Positions 27,662 through 37,900 of a DNA stretch of 64,000 nucleotides are shown piece after piece. The stretch is from Candidatus Omnitrophota bacterium (GTDB lineage Bacteria; Omnitrophota; Gorgyraeia; 2-01-FULL-45-10), in the NCBI GenBank assembly GCA_026387175.1, contig JAPLME010000011.1, forward strand, positions 1,856 to 65,855, given 5' to 3'. The notes beneath the pieces were generated by a model. It saw nothing but the letters and a program-made list of their open reading frames with translations, did no database searches and was not told the origin of the DNA. Every line of letters starts with the position of its first letter. The stretch's first letter is position 1. The position numbers and the translations under genes were made by a program.

Positions 27662-29164
27662 ATGAAGACTGAATCTGTATCCATAGGGGAGATCGGGCGC
27701 ATAAAGGAGATCAAGAAATCTATCGTCACGATAGAAGGCCTTCACAACTGCATGCTGGGTCAGCTGGTGACGTTTACAGACGGCACTAAAGGTTTTGTGA
27801 TGGGTTTCAATGAAAACGAAGTCCTGGTGCTGCTTTTAGGAATTTCGAAGACATTAAAAGCCGGCAATGAAGTCTATTCCAGGGAAGAGTCCTTTAAGAT
27901 ACCGGTGGGAAATAATTTTTTGGGCCGTATCGTAAACCCGCTATGCGAGGGCCTGGACGGGAAGGGATACGTCAAGGAGGATTCTTTTGCCTATATATTC
28001 AGGGACGCGCCGGCGGTCCTCGATAGAGAGCCTGTCAATGAAATGCTGGTCACCGGGATAAGGATAGTCGATGCCACCATACCCATAGGTAAAGGACAAA
28101 GACAGCTTATCATAGGCGATAGAATGACGGGTAAGACATCGATAGCCGTCGACGCTATATTGAACCAGAAGGGTAAAGATGTCATATGCATATATTGCTG
28201 TGTGGGCCGTGACTACGCCTCGTTTGAAAAGGTCGTAGGCACTTTTAAAGAGAAGGACGCCCTCGATTATATGATAGTTGTGGCGGCTCTCGCTTCTTCT
28301 TCTATCGGAGAGCAGTATCTCGCCCCCTACGCCGCCGCGGCGTTGGGCGAATACTTCATGTACGCGGGCAAGAATGTCCTTATCGTTTTTGATGACCTTA
28401 CCAAACATGCGTGGGCATACAGAGAGTTGTCCCTTCTCCTGGAAAGGCCGCCCGGCAGAGAGGCTTATCCGGGAGATATATTTTACCTGCACGCTCAGCT
28501 TATGGAGAGAGGCGCCCGCCTGTCGTCACATAACGGCGGCGGCTCCATGACATTCCTCTCGATAGCGGATACCCTGCAGGGCGATATCTCCGGGTTTATA
28601 CCGACGAACCTGATCTCAATGACGGACGGGCAGATATACCTTAACTCCGCGTTATTCGGAGAGGGGTTCAAGCCCGCGATAGACATAGGGCTCTCCGTCT
28701 CGCGTATCGGCAGCAGGGTACAGTCGAAGACCTTAAGGGAATTGACGAAGAACCTCAGTTTAAAATATGTCCAGTACAGGGAGCTTCTGAAGACCACGAG
28801 ATTGAAGTCGGGTATCTCCGAAGATATGACCGGCCGCCTGAAGCACGGCGAGAAGATCGAAAGGATCTTCATGCAGGATAAGAACAGCCCGTCATCTCTG
28901 GCGGAGCAGCTTATCCTGTATTTCGCGCTTGAGACCGGGGCGCTCGATATCCTGTCGAACGAAAAGTGCGACTATTTCAAAAAAAATATATTAGCTTTCG
29001 CCAGGCAGGATATTCCGGCAGTGGTTGAGAACATGGAAAAAGGCGCCGAGATGACGGCCGAGGACAGGGAAGCTATTAAAAAATGTATAATGAATTTTAA
29101 CCATAAGTTGTGGGCATCCGAGGGTGAAACCGCGCCCATCTCCGCAGCCGAGGCCGCGGAATGA
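27662..29164 (+). CDS. atpA: F-type ATPase alpha subunit (divergent, N-terminally shortened)
   Basis: PIGKGQRQLIIGDRMTGKT Walker A, PPGREAYPGDIFYLH, ISMTDGQIYL, SVSRIG arginine finger. Confidence 0.95.
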   Translation: MKTESVSIGEIGRIKEIKKSIVTIEGLHNCMLGQLVTFTDGTKGFVMGFNENEVLVLLLGISKTLKAGNEVYSREESFKIPVGNNFLGRIVNPLCEGLDGKGYVKEDSFAYIFRDAPAVLDREPVNEMLVTGIRIVDATIPIGKGQRQLIIGDRMTGKTSIAVDAILNQKGKDVICIYCCVGRDYASFEKVVGTFKEKDALDYMIVVAALASSSIGEQYLAPYAAAALGEYFMYAGKNVLIVFDDLTKHAWAYRELSLLLERPPGREAYPGDIFYLHAQLMERGARLSSHNGGGSMTFLSIADTLQGDISGFIPTNLISMTDGQIYLNSALFGEGFKPAIDIGLSVSRIGSRVQSKTLRELTKNLSLKYVQYRELLKTTRLKSGISEDMTGRLKHGEKIERIFMQDKNSPSSLAEQLILYFALETGALDILSNEKCDYFKKNILAFARQDIPAVVENMEKGAEMTAEDREAIKKCIMNFNHKLWASEGETAPISAAEAAE

Positions 29165-30048
29165 AGGCGCGGGAGATAAAAGAGGACCTCCTCTTCAATA
29201 CCGAATTCATGGGCCTTCTCGAAGTGATGAAGAATATAGCGATTTCTCAATTCCGGTCCCTTCAGAAGAAGAGGAGCAGGTTTATCCGGTTCACCCAGCT
29301 TTTGAACGGTTTTTTTCAGATGGTGGATATCAGGCAGGCCCCGCACAAGTTAATAAACCCAAAGACAGAGAAGAGGGCGATCGTATCGATAACCTCCGAC
29401 GAGGGCTTTATGGGGGACCTGAATTTTCAGGTCGTGGACGCCGCGATCATGAAAGGAGGCCCCGAATCCGCTGAGATTATCGTAGTAGGAGAGTCGGGGG
29501 TAAGGTATCTGAAAGATATGGGAAGAAAATTTACCGCGTTTAAAAACGCCGCCGACGCCGAAGCGAGACATACCGTCGCCGTGGAGCTGAAGAATTATAT
29601 CATGCGAGGCATCGCTGAAGACCGTTTCGGCAGGGTGTCCGTTTACTATCCTAACCCGATCTCATTCATGATCCAGAAAGTGGAAGCCGTGGAGCTTCTT
29701 CCCCTCACTGCCTTCTTTTCGCCGCAGGCGCAAGGCCCGGGATACGATCAGCAGGTGATAGTAGAATCGCCGGCGGAGGGCATAATAGAATACCTCGCCG
29801 AGGAATTTATCGAACAAAAACTGATGGAGCTTCTCGAAGACAGCAAGCTTTCAGAGTTCGCCGCGAGAGGCGCCCACCTCGAGCGGAGCGGCCAGGAGCT
29901 CGCCGAAAAACAGAAACGGCTCAGAGCCCAGTATTTTCACGCTTATCATGAAGTCATAGACAAAAATACCAGAGAACTATTTTCCTCGCAGATTATCATA
30001 AAGCGGAAGGCCAAAGAGGTATCCGCAGCGCTGAATCTTAAAGTATAA
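29161..30048 (+). CDS. atpG: F-type ATPase gamma subunit (highly divergent)
   Basis: ITSDEGFMGDLN (cf. TSDRGLCG.N), SEFAAR, terminal coiled-coil helices, position between alpha and beta, ATGA overlap with alpha. Confidence 0.85.
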   Translation: MKAREIKEDLLFNTEFMGLLEVMKNIAISQFRSLQKKRSRFIRFTQLLNGFFQMVDIRQAPHKLINPKTEKRAIVSITSDEGFMGDLNFQVVDAAIMKGGPESAEIIVVGESGVRYLKDMGRKFTAFKNAADAEARHTVAVELKNYIMRGIAEDRFGRVSVYYPNPISFMIQKVEAVELLPLTAFFSPQAQGPGYDQQVIVESPAEGIIEYLAEEFIEQKLMELLEDSKLSEFAARGAHLERSGQELAEKQKRLRAQYFHAYHEVIDKNTRELFSSQIIIKRKAKEVSAALNLKV

Positions 30049-31453
<1,405 letters not shown>

Positions 31454-31455
<2 letters not shown>

Positions 31456-31477
31456 CTTTCAGAAAAAGCTGAAAGCT
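31454..31477 (+). promoter_or_regulatory. Intergenic hairpin, copy 2 (AGCTTTCAG-N6-CTGAAAGCT), just before the gspE RBS
   Basis: Perfect 9-bp inverted repeat followed by the AGGAG RBS. Same arms as 26663-26689. Confidence 0.6.
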
Positions 31478-31494
31478 GAAACAGGAGACGAACA

Positions 31495-33201
31495 ATGGCG
31501 TTACGATTGGGAGATATTTTAGTCGAGAAGGGAATAATAACGCAGGAGGAACTCAATACCGCTCTTGCGGAGCAGCAGAGGACGAAGGAGGCCCTGGGGC
31601 AGATATTGATCAGGATGGGTTTCGTTGCGGAGAGAGATATGCTTCAGATCCTGGCGAAACAGCAGGGTATCCCGTTCGTCGAGCTGAAGATGAAAGATAT
31701 TGATGATAAGGTCCTGAAGAATGTGCCCGCCAAATTTGTCTGGCACTATAAGATAATGCCGATAAGCCTCGACGGCAATATCCTTACGGCCGCCATATCC
31801 AATCCGTTCGATATGTGGCCGATCGACGACCTGGAGACGCACCTCGGGTTCAAAGTGGAGAAGGTCCTGGCTACGTCCGCGGATATAATGGAGGCGATAA
31901 AGAAATATTACGGGGTAGGAGCGGAGACGATAGACCGTATATTATCCGATGATGTGCGTCCCGCCGGAGAGACATCCACCGCGGGAGAAGAAAAAGTAGA
32001 GGACCTCGAAAAACTGGCGGAATCGGCTTCGGTGATAAAGCTGGTGAACCAGATATTGCAGGAAGCCATAACGGACAGGGCGACGGATATACATTTTGAA
32101 CATTTCAGGGGTGAACTGGTCCTGCGTTACAGGATAGACGGCATACTGTATGATACGCCGGTCAGCGAGAAGATAAAATATCTCCATCCGGCGATCGTCT
32201 CCAGGATAAAGGTCATGTCGGGCCTCGATATCGTCGAACGCAGGCTGCCTCAGGACGGCCGCGCGAAGGTGAAGATAGGAAAGAGCGAATATGAGCTGCG
32301 CGTGTCGATAATGCCGACGCTCTACGGCGAGAATATAGTCATAAGGGTCCTGCCCACCACGATGCTTTTCAATATCGCGGATCTGGGTATGTCCCATAAC
32401 GACAGGAGCATCATCGAGCAGCTGCTGAAAAAATCGCACGGCATAATCTTTGTCACGGGCCCGACGGGCAGCGGCAAGACCACCACCCTGTACGCCTGTC
32501 TCAGCAAGCTGAACTCGCGGGAAAGAAAGATCCTTACCATCGAGGACCCGATCGAATATGAATTGGGCGGCATCTCGCAGACGCAGGTCAACGCGAAGAT
32601 AGACCTTACATTCGCCAAGATGCTCAGGAGCATGCTGAGGCACGACCCGGACGTGATGATGGTCGGAGAGGTCAGGGACCTGGAGACCGCCGAGATCACT
32701 ATCCAGACGGCCCTCACGGGGCACCTGGTATTCTCCACGCTCCATACAAACGACGCGGCAAGCGGCGTGACCCGTTTAGTTGATATAGGCATAGAGCCGT
32801 ATCTGGTGGCCTCTTCCGTTATAGCTTTTATCGCGCAGAGGCTCGTCAGGGTCATATGCGCTGCTTGCAAGGAGAAAGTGACGCTGGCAGAGCTGGGTTT
32901 TAAAAACGATCAGTTGAAGATCGAGGGATTCGACTCGAATCACAACACTGTTGTATATAGAGGTAAAGGCTGCAAGGCCTGCGGCGGCACCGGTTACGTA
33001 GGCAGGGCGGCCATATATGAGATCTTATTGATAAAGGATGAGATCAAGGACCTTATTTTAACTAAATCGCCGGCGCATATCATAAAAGATAAAGCCACGC
33101 AGCTCGGGATGCATACCTTAAAGCAGGATGGATGGGACAAGGTGGTGGCGGGCGTAACCACGCCGGAAGAGGTATTGAGAGTGACACAGCTGGAAGGATA
33201 A
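31495..33201 (+). CDS. gspE: Type II secretion/type IV pilus assembly ATPase (GspE/PilB family) with N-terminal MshEN motif
   Basis: GPTGSGKTT Walker A, TIEDPIEY, LRHDPDVMMVGEVRD, GHLVFSTLHTN, CxxC...CxxC zinc site, RLGDILVEKGIITQEELNTALAEQ. Confidence 0.95.
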   Translation: MALRLGDILVEKGIITQEELNTALAEQQRTKEALGQILIRMGFVAERDMLQILAKQQGIPFVELKMKDIDDKVLKNVPAKFVWHYKIMPISLDGNILTAAISNPFDMWPIDDLETHLGFKVEKVLATSADIMEAIKKYYGVGAETIDRILSDDVRPAGETSTAGEEKVEDLEKLAESASVIKLVNQILQEAITDRATDIHFEHFRGELVLRYRIDGILYDTPVSEKIKYLHPAIVSRIKVMSGLDIVERRLPQDGRAKVKIGKSEYELRVSIMPTLYGENIVIRVLPTTMLFNIADLGMSHNDRSIIEQLLKKSHGIIFVTGPTGSGKTTTLYACLSKLNSRERKILTIEDPIEYELGGISQTQVNAKIDLTFAKMLRSMLRHDPDVMMVGEVRDLETAEITIQTALTGHLVFSTLHTNDAASGVTRLVDIGIEPYLVASSVIAFIAQRLVRVICAACKEKVTLAELGFKNDQLKIEGFDSNHNTVVYRGKGCKACGGTGYVGRAAIYEILLIKDEIKDLILTKSPAHIIKDKATQLGMHTLKQDGWDKVVAGVTTPEEVLRVTQLEG

Positions 33202-33214
33202 CAAAAATCTACTG

Positions 33215-34480
33215 ATGCCGATATACAGTTATACCGCAAAAAAAGGCCCGACCGAAATAGTAAAAAGCGAGATAGAGGCCGAATCTGAGGATAAGGCCGT
33301 CGTCATGATAGAGGCTATGGGGTTCTTTCCCATCAAGGTGGTTGAATTAAGACCGCCGTCGGCGACGCCAAGGGCGCCTGAGCGCGCCAAGCCGGAAGCT
33401 CCGCCAGTCGCCGCTAATAAAGAACAGGGCCTCTCTTCAGTGAAAGTCGGCGCGCATGATATGGACACCTTCATGTGGCAGCTGGCCAGCCTGATAAAAT
33501 CGAGCATTCCTCTCCTGCGCGCCTTATCCCTGATAGCGCGGCAGACTAAGAATAAGTCGCTTAAGGCGGTGGCCGGCGACCTGGAGCTCAAGATAAAGCA
33601 GGGAGAGCTGCTCTCCGCGGCGATGAGCAAATACCCTAATCTCTTTAATAACCTTACCGTAAATATGATAAAGGCCGGAGAGAAGAGCGGTTCTCTCGAC
33701 GAAGTGCTGTATAAGCTGGCGGAATACCGCGAGAAAGAGCAGGAGATGAAGCGCAAGATACAGTCGGCCCTTGCCTATCCGATGGTCGTTGTCGCGGTCG
33801 GTATAGGGACGATATTTATGATGTTCACGTATTTTCTGCCCAAGCTGCTGAAATTATTCGAGAATATGAAACAGGAGCTGCCGCTGCCTACGAAGCTATT
33901 GATCGCGACCAGCAAATTTATGTCCAGTTACTGGTATGTATTTGTAATAGGCATCGTTTTCGTGATCGCGGTAATCTTCAGAAATAAACCCGGAAGTAGG
34001 AAGAAGTTTATGCTCGACATGTTCTGCCTGCGCGTGCCTTTTATCAATAAATTTATAAAGACATCCGAGATAGCGCGATTTGCCAGGTCGCTGGGGCTCC
34101 TGCTTAAAAACGGCATACCCGTCTATGAGAGCCTCGATCTCGCGGCTAAGACGCTGGATAATCAGGCGCTGAAGACGCAACTGGCGCAAGCATCCGCGGT
34201 TATCGTTAACCAGGGCTGCACGATATCGGAAAGTTTCAGGCGCACAGGAGTGTTCCCGGAGTTCACGATAAATATGATAGCGGTAGGCGAGGAAGGCGGG
34301 AGACTGGAGGAATCGCTCGCCGAGATAGCCGCCTCATATGAAAAGGAAGTGGAACAGACCATAAAGGTCATGACATCGATGATAGAGCCCCTGCTGATAC
34401 TGATCGTCGGGGGATTTGTCGGCTTCATCGTATTCGCGATGCTCCTTCCTATATTGAATATGGGGGGGATGGGCGGATGA
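33215..34480 (+). CDS. gspF: T2SS/T4P inner-membrane platform protein (GspF/PilC)
   Basis: MIKAGEKSGSLDEVL, SALAYP, MIAVGEEGGRLEESL, IEPLLI; three TM segments. Confidence 0.93.
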   Translation: MPIYSYTAKKGPTEIVKSEIEAESEDKAVVMIEAMGFFPIKVVELRPPSATPRAPERAKPEAPPVAANKEQGLSSVKVGAHDMDTFMWQLASLIKSSIPLLRALSLIARQTKNKSLKAVAGDLELKIKQGELLSAAMSKYPNLFNNLTVNMIKAGEKSGSLDEVLYKLAEYREKEQEMKRKIQSALAYPMVVVAVGIGTIFMMFTYFLPKLLKLFENMKQELPLPTKLLIATSKFMSSYWYVFVIGIVFVIAVIFRNKPGSRKKFMLDMFCLRVPFINKFIKTSEIARFARSLGLLLKNGIPVYESLDLAAKTLDNQALKTQLAQASAVIVNQGCTISESFRRTGVFPEFTINMIAVGEEGGRLEESLAEIAASYEKEVEQTIKVMTSMIEPLLILIVGGFVGFIVFAMLLPILNMGGMGG

Positions 34481-35253
34481 GCTTGGCGCTGAAGGTATGT
34501 CTATTCCTTCTCCTCCTGTGCCCGGGGGCGCGGGCCGAGAATTGGCAGGAGTTAAAGGGTGAGCATTTCGAGATATTTTATATCGAGGATCCAGCCTTCG
34601 CGCAGGAGACGCTGACGCAGGCCGAGAAATATTACGAGAAGATAGCCTCGGACCTGGGTTATTCAAGATATGATAATTTCTGGCAATGGGATAACAGGGC
34701 GAAGATATATATTTACAAAAACCGGGAAGATTTTTTAAAGGCCACCGGTAAGAAGCCATGGATTTACGGGACCGCGATATATAATGAACGGACGATAATA
34801 AGCTACAGATGGAGCCAGGGATTCTTTGACATATTACTGCCTCACGAGCTGGGCCATCTCATATTCAGGGATTTTGTAGGGTTTAAAGGGGAGGTCCCTC
34901 TGTGGCTGGATGAGGGCATTGCTCAGTGGGAGGAGACCAACAAGCGCCAGCGGGCGATTTATATGGTCAGGAGCCTTGTCGCCAAAAAAGAATTCATACC
35001 CCTGACCGAATTGATGCGCTTCAATTCGAGCAGCGAGAATGATTTTGCTCTCTCCGCCAAACTTTACGCCCAGGCGGTCACGCTGGTAGGCTATCTTATA
35101 GAGAAGTACGGCCCGACGAGATTCGCGCAATTCTGCCGGAGTCTGCGCGATGGAAAGAGCATAGACGAGGCGCTGTCATTCGCTTATACCGATTCAATAC
35201 GGAATATAAACGAACTGGAAAAAGGATGGATAAAGTACTACGGAGGAGAATAA
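34477..35253 (+). CDS. Exported zinc metallopeptidase-like protein (gluzincin / peptidase MA-like)
   Basis: Signal peptide (..PGARA|E). HELGH followed exactly 18 residues later by E in WLDEG. Downstream LYAQA Tyr. Confidence 0.8.
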   Translation: MSLALKVCLFLLLLCPGARAENWQELKGEHFEIFYIEDPAFAQETLTQAEKYYEKIASDLGYSRYDNFWQWDNRAKIYIYKNREDFLKATGKKPWIYGTAIYNERTIISYRWSQGFFDILLPHELGHLIFRDFVGFKGEVPLWLDEGIAQWEETNKRQRAIYMVRSLVAKKEFIPLTELMRFNSSSENDFALSAKLYAQAVTLVGYLIEKYGPTRFAQFCRSLRDGKSIDEALSFAYTDSIRNINELEKGWIKYYGGE

Positions 35254-35254
35254 G

Positions 35255-35674
35255 ATGACGGGAAGAAAAAAAGGCTTCACCCTTATTGAACTTATGATAG
35301 TCGTGGTAATAATAGTGGCGCTGGCGTCGATGGTCGTGCCGCGCTTAAGCGGACGTACGGAACAGGCTAAAAAAGCCGTCGCGAAAGCGGATATCGGTTC
35401 AAACATATCGATGGCGCTGAAGTTATACGAGCTTGATAACGGGAATTTCCCCACCACGGAGCAGGGCCTGGCCGCCCTGGCCTCTTCTCCATCCTCCGCG
35501 CCCGTTCCCAGCAACTGGAACGGCCCATATCTTGAAACCATACCTGCGGATCCCTGGGGCAACCCTTATAAATATAAATGCCCGGGCAGTCATAATAAAA
35601 CGACCTATGATCTCTATTCGGTAGGCAAAGACGGCTTGGAAGAAACGGATGATGATATCAAGAATTGGAAATAG
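35255..35674 (+). CDS. gspG: Major pseudopilin GspG
   Basis: KKG|FTLIEL prepilin site; LDNGNFPTTEQGLAAL, WNGPYL, DPWGNPY, DLYSVGKDG...DDDI.NW signature. Confidence 0.95.
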   Translation: MTGRKKGFTLIELMIVVVIIVALASMVVPRLSGRTEQAKKAVAKADIGSNISMALKLYELDNGNFPTTEQGLAALASSPSSAPVPSNWNGPYLETIPADPWGNPYKYKCPGSHNKTTYDLYSVGKDGLEETDDDIKNWK

Positions 35675-36152
35675 GGTATCCGGCTCAAGACGCGGGTTCA
35701 CGCTTCTCGAAACGCTGATGGCCATCTCCATTTTAGCCGTAGGGACGGTCAGCGTCCTTCGGGCCTATTCTACATCGGTAAGCGCCATCGAAAGGGCGCA
35801 GTATAATATAGACGCGGGTTGCCTATTGAAGTCAGTCATGGGCCTTATCGAGGAGAAGGCTATCACCGGAAAGGGGACGTCGCCGGGCGAGTCATCCGGC
35901 GAGTTAAACTCTTCATCCGGTATAAAGATGGACACGACGCAGTCGGATAAATGGGAATGGAGCGAAGAAGTGAAGGATGCCGGCCTCGAGATAAAGAAAC
36001 CGAAAGAAACGCCCGCATCGGGGGAGAAGAAGCCGGAAAAAGAGGTCTATTCCTTAAACGAGGTCAAGCTTACCGTCGTGAACCACGAACGGAGCCCGTC
36101 GAATAAAGTAAGCGTGATAACGTACATGGAGAACAGCAGTGCCGCGCGCTGA
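35649..36152 (+). CDS. Minor pseudopilin, GspI/PilV-like
   Basis: RRG|FTLLETLMAISIL prepilin motif; overlaps the gspG end. Confidence 0.8.
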   Translation: MMISRIGNRVSGSRRGFTLLETLMAISILAVGTVSVLRAYSTSVSAIERAQYNIDAGCLLKSVMGLIEEKAITGKGTSPGESSGELNSSSGIKMDTTQSDKWEWSEEVKDAGLEIKKPKETPASGEKKPEKEVYSLNEVKLTVVNHERSPSNKVSVITYMENSSAAR

Positions 36153-36885
36153 CGGGGCCAAAGGCTTTACGCTGGTGGAGATGATGCTGGCGGCGGGCAT
36201 ACTGGCGATAATAGGATTAACCATAGTCTCGACTTTTTCCGGCGGGATGAATATTTTTTACAGGATAGAGGGCCAGACCGCGGCCAAAACGGATGTGCTC
36301 GTCGCGATGGAGAAGATGGAGAGGGACCTGAGAGACACATTCTGTTACACCGGCATAGACTTCATCGGCAGCTCCAGGAAGATGGCCTTTCCCGGCCTCA
36401 TAAGGGCATTCAACGATAAGGGCTTGCCCGAGGAGTCGCTGGGCTCGATCTCGTACTATCTCGACGATAGGATGAGGAAAAGGGCCCTCTCCAGAGAAGT
36501 GAAAAGATATTCTTATGCCGTCAAAAAAGAAAGTTCCCCGCCAGGCGACATTCTGCCCTTGGCGGAGATAGAGGATGTGAATTTCAAATATTATACCTAC
36601 GATCCGGAATCGGAATCTTACAACTGGGCGAGTTCATGGGATAAGACCGAAAAGATAAAGAAGAAGAAAGAGGAGGGGGTCGCGACCGGCGACGTGCTCC
36701 TTAAAGACAGAGAAGAGAACATCCCTCTGGGGGTCAAGATTGAAATAAGCTATAAGGAGAACGGCAGGACTATTACGCTGAACAGGGCCGTATTTTTGCC
36801 GACGGCCGTATCATTGAACCTCGCGAAGATAAAGGCAAAGTCTAAAACGGCGAACGCGACAGGGGCGGCGAGTGAGAAGAAATAG
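36139..36885 (+). CDS. Minor pseudopilin, GspJ-like
   Basis: AKG|FTLVEMMLA prepilin motif; MERDLR and IPLGVKIEI motifs typical of GspJ. Confidence 0.8.
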   Translation: MPRADGAKGFTLVEMMLAAGILAIIGLTIVSTFSGGMNIFYRIEGQTAAKTDVLVAMEKMERDLRDTFCYTGIDFIGSSRKMAFPGLIRAFNDKGLPEESLGSISYYLDDRMRKRALSREVKRYSYAVKKESSPPGDILPLAEIEDVNFKYYTYDPESESYNWASSWDKTEKIKKKKEEGVATGDVLLKDREENIPLGVKIEISYKENGRTITLNRAVFLPTAVSLNLAKIKAKSKTANATGAASEKK

Positions 36886-37900
36886 AAGAGGGAGCGTCCT
36901 TATCGTGGTCCTGTGGAGCCTGTTCTTTATGGCGATGCTTGCCGTGGCCATAAATTCATATGTCCGGCCGCAGATGGAGTTTTCAAGCAGGTTATCGGCC
37001 AATACCAGGATGTATTATATCGCGCGCGCCGGGGTCCAGAGGGCGATCTTCGAGGTCGAGAACGATGAAACCGAAACGTACGATAGCCTGTATGACTCAT
37101 GGGGCAACAACGACGCGGCTTTCAATAATGTGTCCTTTGGCGGCGGTAAGTTCAGCGTTATAAGGCCGGAGCCGCCGGGCCCCTCCGCCGGCAAGGGGAC
37201 CAGCGCCGCCCAGGCGGGCGAATCCAAGCCGCAGTACGGCCTTATAGACGAGGAGAGCAAGATCAATATAAATAAGGCCCCGCATGACGTCCTGAAGAAT
37301 TTATTTGAGAAGATGGCCGGGGTTGAGTCGAAGGAAGCAGACGGTATAGCGGATTGTATACTGGATTGGGTCGACAAGGACGACTCGCTTCATAAGGACG
37401 GTAAGGAAGACGACTATTACCAGTCGCTCGGCGATCCCTATCATTGCAAAAATGGCCCTTTTGAGGCCATAGAAGAGCTTCTCCTTGTAGCGGGAGTGAC
37501 GCGGGAAAGTTTCGATAAGGTGAAGGATATTATTACGATATACGGCAATGGCACAGTTAATGTCAATACCGCGGACGCGCGGGTGCTGGAGGTCCTCGGC
37601 TTAACTAAGGAGGCCTCCGAAAGCATAGTAAGCTTCCGTTCCGGACGAAATTCAAAAAAAGAGGGAGAGATTCCGGACAATGTCTTTACGAATGTTTCGG
37701 CGATAGCGGGTGTGTTGAACAAGGCGGGCGCCAGTGATGGCGGCGCCAGCCTCATCAGCGCCTCGGCGATGCTCGGCGTGAAATCCGATAATTTCAGAGG
37801 CACCGTTAAGGGTTCGCTCGGGAGCTCGGGGCGATCGGAGACGATAACGTTCGTGTACGACAGAAATGATAAGATAATAAAGTACTGGAGAGAAGAATGA
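36872..37900 (+). CDS. gspK: Minor pseudopilin GspK
   Basis: RRG|SVLIVVLW lacking E5, DEESKININ, ILDWVDKD, EELLLVAG, VNVNTA. Confidence 0.9.
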   Translation: MRRNRRGSVLIVVLWSLFFMAMLAVAINSYVRPQMEFSSRLSANTRMYYIARAGVQRAIFEVENDETETYDSLYDSWGNNDAAFNNVSFGGGKFSVIRPEPPGPSAGKGTSAAQAGESKPQYGLIDEESKININKAPHDVLKNLFEKMAGVESKEADGIADCILDWVDKDDSLHKDGKEDDYYQSLGDPYHCKNGPFEAIEELLLVAGVTRESFDKVKDIITIYGNGTVNVNTADARVLEVLGLTKEASESIVSFRSGRNSKKEGEIPDNVFTNVSAIAGVLNKAGASDGGASLISASAMLGVKSDNFRGTVKGSLGSSGRSETITFVYDRNDKIIKYWREE

